Shown here piece by piece: positions 8,694-18,877 of a DNA stretch of 64,000 nucleotides. The notes below the pieces were generated by a model. It saw only the letters and a list, made by a program, of their open reading frames with translations. It ran no database searches and was not told where the DNA came from. Origin of the DNA: Planctomycetota bacterium (lineage in GTDB: Bacteria > Planctomycetota > Uabimicrobiia > Uabimicrobiales > JABWCH01); the NCBI GenBank assembly GCA_017993505.1, contig JAGOMP010000001.1, forward strand, positions 53,059 to 117,058. The letters are read 5' to 3'. The translations under genes and the position numbers were made by a program. How positions within the stretch are numbered: the first letter of the stretch is position 1; each line of letters starts with the position of its first letter.

Positions 8694-10094
8694 TTAACTA
8701 GGAAGTAGAAGTTTATAACTTCTAGAAATTCCAATATGTTTAAACTGTTCTTTATCAGGTTTTTTATCTACATGAAGACCACCACGATTAAAATTTCCTA
8801 CGCAAATATGTAATTTTTGGTTATTCTCTCTAATAGTATCCATTGTTCTTGTATATCCCGTATACATCATTCCCTCAGCTGTTTGTGCCTTAGGATCAAG
8901 AAGCCAACCAATAATTTCTTCACAAGTACGAGCCGGACGAAATTCAATTTGTTTTTCCTTACTATATCGTAATAGAGCACGTTTTTGTTCTTGGTATGTA
9001 AGTTGTGTTGCAAATGGCTTCCCAAAACCTAAAATAACTCCTGGAGTTAAAGGCATTTGTGCAAATTCTTGTGCATGAAACCAAATATCTGGTCGAAACC
9101 GTTTTAATGTTTTGCGAAGTAAATTCAAAGTAAGAACTCCTGGTAAGATAGCAATATATGCTTTTTCATCCTTTAATTCTTGTATAGTATATCTTTTTTG
9201 TCTTACTTTTTGAAAAAGTTCATCTGCAATTTGGATTTGTAATTGATGCAATTGTTCTTTTTCCTGGGGAGAAAAATTCATTTGAAACGTTTTTTCTGTA
9301 GCTTCAATGTCAAATATAGGAATTCCATAATTGCGAAAATGAGAAATCGCTGTGTTTCTTTGAGTTAAAATAGAGTATGCAATATTTGCCTTAGAAGAAG
9401 TGAATGCTTCTTCTTGTACATTTTGTATAGGTAGAGTTAATCTTTTTTCAACTTGTTTTGTAATGGTAGCTTGTTTTTGCACAACTTGTTTTTGTGGTTG
9501 TGCAGTCTGAACTTCCGCTTGTGGTTGTGCAGTCTGAACTTCCGCTTGTCGTTGTGCTGTCTGAACTTCCGCTTGTCGTTGTGCTGTCTGAACTTCCGCT
9601 TGTCGTTGTGCTGTCTGAACTTCCACTTGTGGTTGTGCTGTCGTTTGTGTTGAACGTGCTTGCCTTGTTAAAATGCGAGTTTGTTGGAGAGGCGAATATG
9701 TTTCTTGTGTATTTCGTATCATTCTCACATTAAAATAAATTCTCTGTTTACTTGTAAAGGCTTTTAATACACGTAAATATGCTTCTGGAGTAATATATTT
9801 TTCATATATCATTTGAATGACTAACGCACGTTGCAATAACATACGTTTTGCTAAGGGAGTAGATGTTGGAATGATAATAGGATACGAAGCATGTTTTTCT
9901 AGGAGAAGTTCAGTCGTTGTGCAGATTTCTTTTCCTTCTAAAATAGATTTCAGAACAATTGCATAGTCTTCTGGGTCTTGTTCTTGTTTTTCTAAAATAT
10001 TTTTGTCAATTTCAAGTTGTTCTCGTATAATTTTTTCATAAGTCGAAGATTCGCTCATATTAGTACCCGGAACTAAATAATTTTTCAATAACAC
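8694..10094 (-). CDS. hypothetical protein with 5x QRQAEVQTA tandem repeat and a conserved C-terminal domain (GNFNRGGLHVD motif)
   Basis: 466 aa ORF. An internal 27-bp in-frame tandem repeat encodes the 9-aa repeats. An alternative start at 10058 (MSESST) would abut the mlaE stop. Confidence 0.6.
   Translation of the reverse strand: MLLKNYLVPGTNMSESSTYEKIIREQLEIDKNILEKQEQDPEDYAIVLKSILEGKEICTTTELLLEKHASYPIIIPTSTPLAKRMLLQRALVIQMIYEKYITPEAYLRVLKAFTSKQRIYFNVRMIRNTQETYSPLQQTRILTRQARSTQTTAQPQVEVQTAQRQAEVQTAQRQAEVQTAQRQAEVQTAQPQAEVQTAQPQKQVVQKQATITKQVEKRLTLPIQNVQEEAFTSSKANIAYSILTQRNTAISHFRNYGIPIFDIEATEKTFQMNFSPQEKEQLHQLQIQIADELFQKVRQKRYTIQELKDEKAYIAILPGVLTLNLLRKTLKRFRPDIWFHAQEFAQMPLTPGVILGFGKPFATQLTYQEQKRALLRYSKEKQIEFRPARTCEEIIGWLLDPKAQTAEGMMYTGYTRTMDTIRENNQKLHICVGNFNRGGLHVDKKPDKEQFKHIGISRSYKLLLPS
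9492..9641. repeat. 27-bp tandem repeat, about 5.5 copies (ctgaacttccgcttgtSgttgtgcWgt), in-frame within the CDS
   Basis: Copies at 9507, 9534, 9561, 9588 and 9615 with 1-3 substitutions each. Confidence 0.9.
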
Positions 10095-10860
10095 TAGACA
10101 TGTAATAATTGAAAATAAGAATTAAGAGAAATGCTTGTACAACTGTTTTTCGAGTGGCAATCCCTACGCCTTCTGCACCATTTGTAGCACGCAATCCGCA
10201 AGCACATCCTACTGTTGCAATGACAATGCCAAAAATGATACCTTTAAATAAACCGCCATAAATCAATGTCAAATCTGTGACACTCATATAATTTATTACA
10301 TTTCTAAAATAAACGGAATAATCCACACCTACTTGATATTGAGAAACAACAGCACCACCTATAACTCCAACAAAATTAGAATATGCTATCAATATAGGAG
10401 AAATTAATGCCATAGCTGTAATTCTAGGTAGGACTAAATAATCAATAGGATCAATGGACATAACTTCAAGAGCATCCACTTCTTCAGATACTTTCATTGT
10501 TCCAAGTTCAGCAGCCATAGCAGAACCAATTCTACCTGCAAGAAGGAATGCAGTCATAAATGGTCCAATTTCTTTACACATAGAAACAAGTACTACGAGA
10601 CCAAGATAATCTTCTAAGTGATACTCTTTGAAAATAATACCTACTTGAAAAGAAAGGATCATTCCAGTAAAAATTCCTACAACTAAAGTAACTGGCAAAC
10701 TTTGTACACCACAAATATAGCATTGTTCTAAAATAGCTCGGAATCTATGTGGTATTCTATGAAGCTTGCACATTGTTTTTAAAAACATGTTGACAGTATA
10801 ACCTGCACTATATGCCACTTCTAAAGTTTTATCAATAATTTTTTTTATAATATTTGCCAT
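10060..10860 (-). CDS. mlaE: MlaE/YrbE-family ABC permease (phospholipid transport)
   Basis: 266 aa with a 5-6 TM MlaE-like profile (GPFMTAFLLAGRIGSAMAAELGTMKVSEEVDALEVM). Confidence 0.75.
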   Translation of the reverse strand: MANIIKKIIDKTLEVAYSAGYTVNMFLKTMCKLHRIPHRFRAILEQCYICGVQSLPVTLVVGIFTGMILSFQVGIIFKEYHLEDYLGLVVLVSMCKEIGPFMTAFLLAGRIGSAMAAELGTMKVSEEVDALEVMSIDPIDYLVLPRITAMALISPILIAYSNFVGVIGGAVVSQYQVGVDYSVYFRNVINYMSVTDLTLIYGGLFKGIIFGIVIATVGCACGLRATNGAEGVGIATRKTVVQAFLLILIFNYYMSSVIEKLFSSGY

Positions 10861-10977
10861 ATGTTTTATTTTTCCATATTTTATGTATAGAGTATATAAT
10901 TTTTTTTATTATTATACGTTTGCTTTTAAAAAATGAAATATAAAATTTTTTTTATTCTATTGTTTCTTTGAAAAATA

Positions 10978-12525
10978 TTATTGATGATGAGTGGCATTGC
11001 GTCGTTGTCTTCGTAAGATAGCGTATTGTCTCATTTTATCTTTTGCATTGTTATTTCTATCAATAGTATATTGATCAATGGAATGATCTGTACTTCCTTG
11101 GTGTCGAACTACATCATAGATTGGTTCCCAAATTCTAGCAATGAAATAATTTTCGCTCAATTTCAAAACCATTTCATAATCTTCACCATAATTGGCAGAA
11201 TATGGATCATCATTTTGAGAAAAATAACCATGTTTTTTCAATGTAGCAATATGATAGGCACGTGGTGCACCTGCACCATTGATTCTAAGAAGATTATTTC
11301 TACCGTTTTCTATAGTCCATTCTTCATGTTTCACAACAGGAATATCTTCTCGACGAAGAATTTTTCCTTGTGATGTTTTTTCCCATACTTCGTATGAACC
11401 AATTACCATAGCTGCATGGGGATTTTGTTGAAATGTATCTAACACTTTTTGTACTGCATTTGGTTTCAGTCTATCATCAGAATCAAGTTGCAAATAATAA
11501 TCACCTTTGGAAGCCTCCAAACCTAAATTAAGAGATAAACCAATATTATTAATATCTGTGATAAGAAGATGGACAGGTGGTTTATTCTGGTCATATTTAT
11601 CACCATTGGGTTGGTATCGTTTCACTTCAGAAATGGTGGGATCTTCTTCTCCACCATTTACAATCACAATTACTTCCATAGGGGCAGTTGTATTTTGATT
11701 TATTGCACTTTCAATCGCAAGACCAATAAATTCTGGACGACGATACACAGGAATTAAAATGCTAACCATACTGTTTTCTTTGAATTGTGGTTGCTCTTCT
11801 GTTGTATATTGATGGGGTGGTAAATATGCATTGATTCGTTGTAAGTGCTTTGTCAAAATTTGTTCCATTTCTTGTTGTACAGAACGATCGTCTTGCAAGT
11901 AAGCAAATACATTGTACGATTCAATAATATGTTCAATACAGTAGAGAGACCCATCAAAACGATTGCTAATATGACGGACATTATGTTTTTCAGAAATTTT
12001 TAAACGCAAATCATATAAAAATCCGAATTTCCAAGGCTCTAAGGAAATACTTTGTAATGTTTGTTTTGTAGTTGCAAAAACTTTGCCTAAATCTTGACTA
12101 TCTCGAACACGCCCTATATGATATTCTAGTAAGTGGTTTTCCGTGACTCCATCTGAAGAAATCGAAGAATAATCTGCATATACAAGTCCAATATTGTCAT
12201 TCCGTTGTAATGTTTTTGAAAACGCATAAGCAGCAGATTTTTTTAAATAAATTGGTTCTTTTGTTGTATCTAAAATTAAAATATAATCATTGGCATGTGG
12301 TAAAATTTGCAAAAATCCAGTAGCATAATTGGCAACTTGTACAACTTGTACTTTAGGATTTGTTTGCGGCTTTATGATTGGTGTTTCTGATGTAACTTCT
12401 AAGCAATAAATATGTTGCATATCTACATATTCTTGCTCCATTAACAGTTGTAAAATTTGTTGTTGTTTTTTTTGAGAATATGTAGAAGTAGATGATTGTA
12501 AAACAATAGCAGTAATTTTATTCAT
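10978..12525 (-). CDS. family 2 glycosyltransferase (two-domain, 515 aa)
   Basis: VSILIPVYRRPEFIGLAIESAINQ (GT2 start) and a DSDD acidic motif. Confidence 0.7.
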   Translation of the reverse strand: MNKITAIVLQSSTSTYSQKKQQQILQLLMEQEYVDMQHIYCLEVTSETPIIKPQTNPKVQVVQVANYATGFLQILPHANDYILILDTTKEPIYLKKSAAYAFSKTLQRNDNIGLVYADYSSISSDGVTENHLLEYHIGRVRDSQDLGKVFATTKQTLQSISLEPWKFGFLYDLRLKISEKHNVRHISNRFDGSLYCIEHIIESYNVFAYLQDDRSVQQEMEQILTKHLQRINAYLPPHQYTTEEQPQFKENSMVSILIPVYRRPEFIGLAIESAINQNTTAPMEVIVIVNGGEEDPTISEVKRYQPNGDKYDQNKPPVHLLITDINNIGLSLNLGLEASKGDYYLQLDSDDRLKPNAVQKVLDTFQQNPHAAMVIGSYEVWEKTSQGKILRREDIPVVKHEEWTIENGRNNLLRINGAGAPRAYHIATLKKHGYFSQNDDPYSANYGEDYEMVLKLSENYFIARIWEPIYDVVRHQGSTDHSIDQYTIDRNNNAKDKMRQYAILRRQRRNATHHQ

Positions 12526-12564
12526 TCTATTCTTTCTTAAAATAATTTATTTGTATTTGTAAAA

Positions 12565-12598
12565 TATAGACTCCATTGGATCGTTCATGGAGTCTATA
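12565..12598 (-). terminator. hairpin downstream of the solute-binding-protein gene
   Basis: 12-bp inverted repeat tatagactccat/atggagtctata with a 10-nt loop just 3' of the stop at 12628. The U-tract is weak. Confidence 0.35.
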
Positions 12599-12627
12599 AC
12601 TTATTTTAAATTTTTATTCTTAGTATA

Positions 12628-14379
12628 TTATTTTTCACTCAGTTGCCAATCTTCCATATTAGAGAATAGGAAGTTATCATCAGTGTATAGTTTCTGAATG
12701 CGGTCTTGGTTATATACTGTAAATTTTGTAGGCGATACAATGAAAACACCTGGATACTCGTCTCGCAAAATTTTTTGAATTTCTGTTAAACATTGTACTC
12801 TATGTCCTGGATCTTGGGTTTTATGAAATTCATCATAATTTTTTTCTACATCTATGGAGTGGTATCCAACGTAATTTTCAGAAGCTCTTGGATAAATAAA
12901 ATCAGCAATGTCATAATCTTGCCCATAATCAAAATAAGACACAACAAAATCAAATAGTTGATTTGTCATTCGATAATTCCATTGACTTAAACTGCGAACT
13001 CCATGTACCTCAATTTGATTTGGTAAAATGCCTAAAAGTTGCAAACGAACTGCTAAACCATCTGCAATGTCTTTTAATTCTGTGCTAAATTTAGAAAAAT
13101 CTTGGTATAATATTGTCCATTTTTTTTGTGCAAAATGATTTCGTAGAATAGGATGTGCCATCAACCCTTCATTGCCTTCTTCATTTTTCATACAATCTCT
13201 AGCAACATGTTTTTGTTGTTCTTCAATTTCTGCTGTTCTTTCAAATTCTGCTTCTTCATTCTCAAATGTATCATAAAGTTCTACTGGTGAAGAACTATCA
13301 AATGGTCCTTCTAAAACTTCTGCATCTTTATTAAAGTTATTATCACGAATTGCATATTTTGTAGCTTGATCCACACCTTCATAAGCACGTTTCAATATTG
13401 TAAACCAATTTAAATTTGTAATGGCTTGCAATTCTTCTTTTTTTAGAAGTTCGTCCATATCTTGTGCAGCTTTATTTTTATTAAAACCAATATAATAAAA
13501 GGAAGAGGCAGGAGAATATAGAATTTGAAATTGAGTTTGTAGGTCTGTTCGAAATAAATCCATAGCTCCCACTTCAGCTACTAAATCTACTTCCCCAGCA
13601 ATCAATTTTTGTAAACGGTCAGAAAGTTCTTTAATGACAATTTTTTGAGGTGCTAATGAATTAGGTTCTGCCCAATGAAAAGAAAGAGGATTCCGTTCTA
13701 AAATAATTTCTTTTCGGGCACGATTAAAATTCGTAAAAACAAATGGTCCTCCTCCTTGTGGATTTTTTAAACGAGGAGTAGGAATTACGTGAAATGTACT
13801 AAAAAAAGAACGAGTGGTCCATTCATCACGTTTAGGGAATTGATCACCTTTTTTTTCAGAATTCATACGAATGCGAAGGATATTTTTCTCTGCTCCTTCT
13901 GTATGAATTTCAATATTATTAGAAAAAAAAGTTCCTAAAGCTCGCTCTCTATTTTTTTCACCTGCTTTTCGCAAATAATCAATGGTATATAATAAATCTT
14001 GGTGAATGATTTTATTATTAGGGTCAGATTTAGGTAACCGCCAATATACATCTGGTCGAATTTCAAGATGAATAAAAAGTTTATTGGAATCTTCAGCATC
14101 GATTTTTATACTCACATCGCACAAGGAAGATTGGGGAACATTATCACCTCGTCCTACGTAGCGAGAAAATGTAGTGATAGTGGCATAAAGTAAATTTAAA
14201 AGACGTTTTTCTTCGCTAGTCACAGCTTTTAAAGCTCCTGATGGTGTAGGTGGAACAATTTGATCTTGGACTTCTCTATAAGGCAATCGTAATTCAGCGT
14301 AGCGAAGTGTAGGAACTTCTTGATCTTGAGCATAAAGAAACCCTGCCAACAAGATCCATAATAATAAAAACTTTTTCAT
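12628..14379 (-). CDS. extracellular solute-binding protein, family 5 (Opp/Dpp-like)
   Basis: Signal peptide MKKFLLLWILLAGFLYAQ, about 580 aa, and a GPFVFTNFNRARKEIILERNPLSFHW motif resembling the SBP_bac_5 'GPY..vew..g..ivLerNp.Yw' signature. Confidence 0.5.
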   Translation of the reverse strand: MKKFLLLWILLAGFLYAQDQEVPTLRYAELRLPYREVQDQIVPPTPSGALKAVTSEEKRLLNLLYATITTFSRYVGRGDNVPQSSLCDVSIKIDAEDSNKLFIHLEIRPDVYWRLPKSDPNNKIIHQDLLYTIDYLRKAGEKNRERALGTFFSNNIEIHTEGAEKNILRIRMNSEKKGDQFPKRDEWTTRSFFSTFHVIPTPRLKNPQGGGPFVFTNFNRARKEIILERNPLSFHWAEPNSLAPQKIVIKELSDRLQKLIAGEVDLVAEVGAMDLFRTDLQTQFQILYSPASSFYYIGFNKNKAAQDMDELLKKEELQAITNLNWFTILKRAYEGVDQATKYAIRDNNFNKDAEVLEGPFDSSSPVELYDTFENEEAEFERTAEIEEQQKHVARDCMKNEEGNEGLMAHPILRNHFAQKKWTILYQDFSKFSTELKDIADGLAVRLQLLGILPNQIEVHGVRSLSQWNYRMTNQLFDFVVSYFDYGQDYDIADFIYPRASENYVGYHSIDVEKNYDEFHKTQDPGHRVQCLTEIQKILRDEYPGVFIVSPTKFTVYNQDRIQKLYTDDNFLFSNMEDWQLSEK

Positions 14380-14382
14380 TCT

Positions 14383-17300
14383 CTATTCCTTCTTTTGATT
14401 GATTTCATTTAAAATATCATTTTGATTTAAAATTTTAATTCCAAGTTGTCTTGCTTTCTCTGCTTTACTTCCTGGATTGTCACCCACAAGCACATAATCT
14501 GTCTTCTTGCTAACACTTTCCACAATTTGTACACCTAGTTTACGCAACACTTCATACATTTGTAAACGAGTAAAATTTGGCAAAGTACCAGTTACAACAA
14601 CTTTTTTATTCATTAAAAATGTATTTGTTTGTGGTGTAGAATATTCTTTACTTTGCATACAAAGTCCAACGTCTTGCAATGATTCAATAATTTTGATACC
14701 ATAATCACTATGAAAAAATTGATAAATATTTTTAGCAAGTTGACCTTGATTAGATATAATATAGCTTAATTCTTCTACATCTGCTTGCTGTAATGCCTCT
14801 ATGTTATCATAGTATGTTAAGACTTTTTGTAATAAAGAATCTAATTCTGATGTTTCTTTAGAATAAAAATCTTGTATAATCATACTGTGCAATTTTTCTT
14901 TATCTTGTTCTTTCGGTATTTGAAAATTTTCATTATGAAAATAATTGAATATTTTTTGTGCTTTCTCACGTGTTACTTTAGAAATGGCCACTTTTTTTAC
15001 AGATTCTGTCATTTCTTGCATCAGCTCTTTTATTGTTGCATTTTTTAAATTTTCTATATTTTTAAATCTATTTGCTAATTTTAATGCATATTCTTTTCCA
15101 ATATTTGGAATAGAAAGAGCACATAGTACATGGTGAAATTCTCGATTTTTACTTTTTTCAATAGATTCCAACAATTTATTGGCTTTTTTTTCTGCAAAGA
15201 ATTCTAATTGTAGTAAATCTTGCTTTTGCAACTTATAAATATCAGCAAACGTTTTGACAAAGTTCTTTGCAATCAATTGTTCAATCACACTTTTGCCCAT
15301 ATTTTCAATATTCATAGCTTGTCGAGAAACAAAATATTCTAATTTTGCTTGAAAACTACCTAAACATTCAGGATTTGGACAATATAATCTTTCTTTTTCC
15401 AATATTTCTAATATTTCTGTAACAATCAAAGCACCACACATCGGACAATTGGTAGGTGGCTGCACCATGACTGCATTTTTAGGACGCTTTTGTAGTTGGA
15501 CTTGAATAACTTGTGGAATGATATCTCCTGCTTTAATCACAGTCACTGTATCGCCAATACAAACACCTTCTGGGAACTTGTTCTTATCTTTTAAATACGA
15601 ATAATTATGCAATGTTGCTCGTTTCACAGTAGTGTCATCTAAAAAAACTGGTTCTAAATTTGCAACAGGAGTAAGTGTTCCCAATTTTCCTACTTGTACA
15701 GACACGCTTTGTAAAATAGTATCTGCTTGTTCTGGTTGAAATTTATAGGCTTTAACCCATTTTGGTGCATGTGAAGTAGCTCCCATTTGTATTTGTAACT
15801 GAAGTTGATTCAATTTAAATACAAGCCCATCAATAGGAAAAGGTGCGTAATGTTTTTTCTGAAGTCTTGTTGCTGAACGTTTTTCCTCTTCCTGTATACC
15901 GATTTTGTACATATCTTCTGCAGTTTTTACTATCCATCTATTTTTATTCACTGGCAAAGACCATTCTTCAAATATTTTCAACATTTCATCATGTGTAGAG
16001 GTAAAAGAAGAAAACCCAATAGAATGTACTAAAAATCCCAATGCAAGAGAAGGAGTAGGAACGCATTCTTGTTGTAAATGCTCTGCAAGATCTTGTTCTT
16101 CCAAAAACAACTCTTTTTCCATTTGTTGTTCTATATAGACATCTCCAATAACTTCTAAAATCGAAGGAACGTTTTTTTTGTTCAATTTTTTAGGAATACT
16201 TATAATTTTTTCTAAATGTGAAAATAAATGAGTAGAATCTTGTTTATTATCTGAATTAAAAAAAGCCTTTGTGAACACTCCATGTTCATAGATAATTTTT
16301 ACAGAACAACCTTTAATTTTTGGAATTATACAAAAATCTAAAAATTTTTCTGCATGTATAGTAGCAGGAACTTGATTGGAAATTTCCTGTTTTCTCTTGT
16401 CTAAAAATTCATTCAAATTTGATTCTGTAATTTCAGAACGATATAAAACATAAGGAGTACGCCATTCATCATTTTCATAAACAAAATCAAATGCATTTTT
16501 TTTATCTTCTTTTTTTGTTTTCCATTGAAAATGATTCCATTGGATGCGAATTCCTTCTAGTACAAACGGAAAATTTTCTTCATTCCAATGTTTCCAAATA
16601 TTTAAGATATCGCTACTAGAAGTAGCATATTCTATAGTAGATTTAGAAACAATTCCCCACAAATGCAATTTATTCCATATTTCTTCATAGGAAACAGCAA
16701 AACAAGAAAAGCCAATAGAATGAGCAAAATACGATAAATTACGATATCGAACTACTTCCAAGTCTAAAAGTTTTAACGTTCCTGTTGCTGTATTTCTAGG
16801 ATTGGCAAATAGTTTTTCATTTTTTTCTTCTAATTCTTTATTCAATGCATCAAATGTTTCATATGTCATATATACTTCGCCACGAATTTCCAAAATCGGA
16901 GGAATATTCTTACCCTGCAATTGTAAAGGCAAACTTTGAATCATCTTTACTTGTTCTGTGATCACTTCCCCAATTTGCCCATTGCCTCGAGTCACAGCCT
17001 TATGATATTTTCCATGAATATACCAAACACTTACTGCTGAACCATCAATTTTTTGTTCTACTACAAAATCAATATTTTCTTCTTGTGCCTTTTCTATAAT
17101 ATCAGATTCAAACTTTTTCAAATCTGTCAAAGTATGTTGCAATGGTGCTGGTTGACCAAAATCAGAAAAAATATTCTCAATAGACAACATGGGTACAAAA
17201 TGCTTTTGTTTTTTCAAATTTGATGTAGGTTGCGGTGCAACACGATTTGTAGGCGAATCATCCTTTTTATATTGTGGATACTTACTTTCTAAATTCTCCA

Positions 17301-17664
17301 ATCGTTTATATAATGTATCGTACTCAAAATCAGAAATTTCACTCACAGCTTCATTATAATACTTATCTTGATAATAAAGAATTTTTTGATAGAGCTGTTC
17401 CATTTCTTCTTCAGGTGACAACTCTTCTTCTGAAATATCCAACTGTTCCATTTCTTCTTCAAGTATTAACTCTTCTTGTCCAAATTGTTCTATTTCCTCT
17501 TCTGGCACAGAATTTTCTTGTACAAGCTGGTTTTCTTTAGATGCCAACTCTGTTTCTTGTACAAGCTGGTTTTCTTCTGGAATATCAAGACCATCCAAAA
17601 GAGAATCACTGTTTTTTAATGAAGATTTTTTTTTCTTATTCTGTTTTTTTTCTTTTTGCGACAT
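14383..17664 (-). CDS. ligA: NAD-dependent DNA ligase LigA, unusually long (1093 aa), with an acidic N-terminal extension and a large internal insertion
   Basis: Ia domain (YY..DKYYN...ISDFEYD), KxDG (VVEQKIDGSAV), HFVPMLSIEN, motif V-like DGLVFK...APKWVKAYKF, OB fold, Zn finger CPMCG...CPNPEC, HhH and a C-terminal BRCT (KKVVVTGTL...VLVGDNPGSK). Confidence 0.9.
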   Translation of the reverse strand: MSQKEKKQNKKKKSSLKNSDSLLDGLDIPEENQLVQETELASKENQLVQENSVPEEEIEQFGQEELILEEEMEQLDISEEELSPEEEMEQLYQKILYYQDKYYNEAVSEISDFEYDTLYKRLENLESKYPQYKKDDSPTNRVAPQPTSNLKKQKHFVPMLSIENIFSDFGQPAPLQHTLTDLKKFESDIIEKAQEENIDFVVEQKIDGSAVSVWYIHGKYHKAVTRGNGQIGEVITEQVKMIQSLPLQLQGKNIPPILEIRGEVYMTYETFDALNKELEEKNEKLFANPRNTATGTLKLLDLEVVRYRNLSYFAHSIGFSCFAVSYEEIWNKLHLWGIVSKSTIEYATSSSDILNIWKHWNEENFPFVLEGIRIQWNHFQWKTKKEDKKNAFDFVYENDEWRTPYVLYRSEITESNLNEFLDKRKQEISNQVPATIHAEKFLDFCIIPKIKGCSVKIIYEHGVFTKAFFNSDNKQDSTHLFSHLEKIISIPKKLNKKNVPSILEVIGDVYIEQQMEKELFLEEQDLAEHLQQECVPTPSLALGFLVHSIGFSSFTSTHDEMLKIFEEWSLPVNKNRWIVKTAEDMYKIGIQEEEKRSATRLQKKHYAPFPIDGLVFKLNQLQLQIQMGATSHAPKWVKAYKFQPEQADTILQSVSVQVGKLGTLTPVANLEPVFLDDTTVKRATLHNYSYLKDKNKFPEGVCIGDTVTVIKAGDIIPQVIQVQLQKRPKNAVMVQPPTNCPMCGALIVTEILEILEKERLYCPNPECLGSFQAKLEYFVSRQAMNIENMGKSVIEQLIAKNFVKTFADIYKLQKQDLLQLEFFAEKKANKLLESIEKSKNREFHHVLCALSIPNIGKEYALKLANRFKNIENLKNATIKELMQEMTESVKKVAISKVTREKAQKIFNYFHNENFQIPKEQDKEKLHSMIIQDFYSKETSELDSLLQKVLTYYDNIEALQQADVEELSYIISNQGQLAKNIYQFFHSDYGIKIIESLQDVGLCMQSKEYSTPQTNTFLMNKKVVVTGTLPNFTRLQMYEVLRKLGVQIVESVSKKTDYVLVGDNPGSKAEKARQLGIKILNQNDILNEINQKKE

Positions 17665-18049
17665 CTCTATACTTTTGCATATAAAATGACTATGGATACA
17701 CTATTCTAGACAATAAAATTCTTTAATATCATCTATAACATTTTTTTTCCATCATGTATTTATTCGTAAATTTTATCTACATAACAGTATTCTCTATAAC
17801 ATTGTATCTATATTATATTTTCAATCTATTGTAAAAAAATATCATAGCATAACAAATAAAATTTGTCAAAAAATAAAATATTCTCACAAAAGCTTTTTTA
17901 GTATCCATAAAAAACTTTTTTTAGTTTTATAAGATAGAAATACATACATATTCAAAAAATACTAAAAGCCTTTTTTATGGTAAGGTAAAAAATCATGAAA
18001 ATTTTGTCATTACTAATAATCAAAAAAGCTTTCCTCTAAATATTATTAT

Positions 18050-18079
18050 TTGACAAAAGCAAGTTTCTTTTTTATTATA
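18050..18079 (+). promoter_or_regulatory. candidate sigma70 promoter for rnfEAB (TTGACA-N18-TATTAT), followed by three tattcaca repeats at 18102-18138
   Basis: Consensus -35 at 18050-18055, -10-like tattat at 18074-18079, about 115 bp upstream of rnfE. Confidence 0.3.
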
Positions 18080-18195
18080 GTAGAATGTATACATTTATTT
18101 TATATTCACATTATATTTATATATTCACAATATTCACATTTATTTTATAAACCGTAAGATCATTTTTAATTTTCTGTGTAAAGAAAGAAGATTTT

Positions 18196-18837
18196 TTGAT
18201 GAGTGCAAAATATGAATTTACTAAGGGACTTTGGAAAGAAAATCCTACTTTAGTGATGTTGCTAGGAATTTGTCCTACGTTGGCAACAACGAACAGTCTT
18301 ATGAATGCTTTTTTTATGGGAATTGCAGCAACCTTTGTGTTGTTGGGTTCTAATGTGATTATTTCTCTTTTTCGTAATTTTATTCCAAGGGAAATTCGTA
18401 TCCCTTGTTATATTGTAATTATTGCTAGCTTTGGAACTATTGTTGATCTATGTATGCATGCGTATTCTCCTTCTGCAGTTTATGAAGCTTTAGGAATTTT
18501 TATTCCTCTAATTACAGTAAATTGCATTATCTTAGGTCGAGCCGAGGCATTTGCTTCTAAAAATTCATTAGGTTTATCTATACTAGACGCTTTAGGAATG
18601 GGTTTAGGTTTTACTTTAGCGTTGTCCATGATTGCATTTGCTAGAGAATTATTGGGCAGTGGTACAATTTTAAATTATCAAATCATTCCTTGGTTTACTA
18701 GCAAAGCCAATAATCCAAATGCATGGATTGAACCAATTGCTGTTTTGAGTCAACCAACTGGTGCTTTTTTAGTACTTGCTGCATACCTTGGTGTTATTAA
18801 GTATATAAGCATTCGTCAAACAAAATCTACAAAGTAA
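18196..18837 (+). CDS. rnfE: Rnf electron-transport complex subunit E
   Basis: GLWKENPTLVMLLGICPTLA, LGIFIPLITVNCIILGRAEAFA; 213 aa polytopic. Confidence 0.85.
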   Translation: MMSAKYEFTKGLWKENPTLVMLLGICPTLATTNSLMNAFFMGIAATFVLLGSNVIISLFRNFIPREIRIPCYIVIIASFGTIVDLCMHAYSPSAVYEALGIFIPLITVNCIILGRAEAFASKNSLGLSILDALGMGLGFTLALSMIAFARELLGSGTILNYQIIPWFTSKANNPNAWIEPIAVLSQPTGAFLVLAAYLGVIKYISIRQTKSTK

Positions 18838-18877
18838 GTTATAAGTAGTTCAACAACTAGCAAAAAGGTAATAAAGT

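Noticed and set aside
9453-9733. Plus-strand ORFs 9453..9653 and 9494..9733 with repeated peptide units; also considered the 27-bp array as a CRISPR
   Set aside because: They are reading-frame shadows of the 27-bp tandem repeat inside the minus-strand gene. The array has no variable spacers, so it is a coding tandem repeat rather than CRISPR.
10056-10094. Alternative start (10058) for the repeat protein versus ORF-track start 10094
   Set aside because: Both are possible. 10058 leaves a 1-nt gap to the mlaE stop, and 10094 overlaps mlaE by 35 nt. The longer ORF is kept because neither start has a clear RBS.
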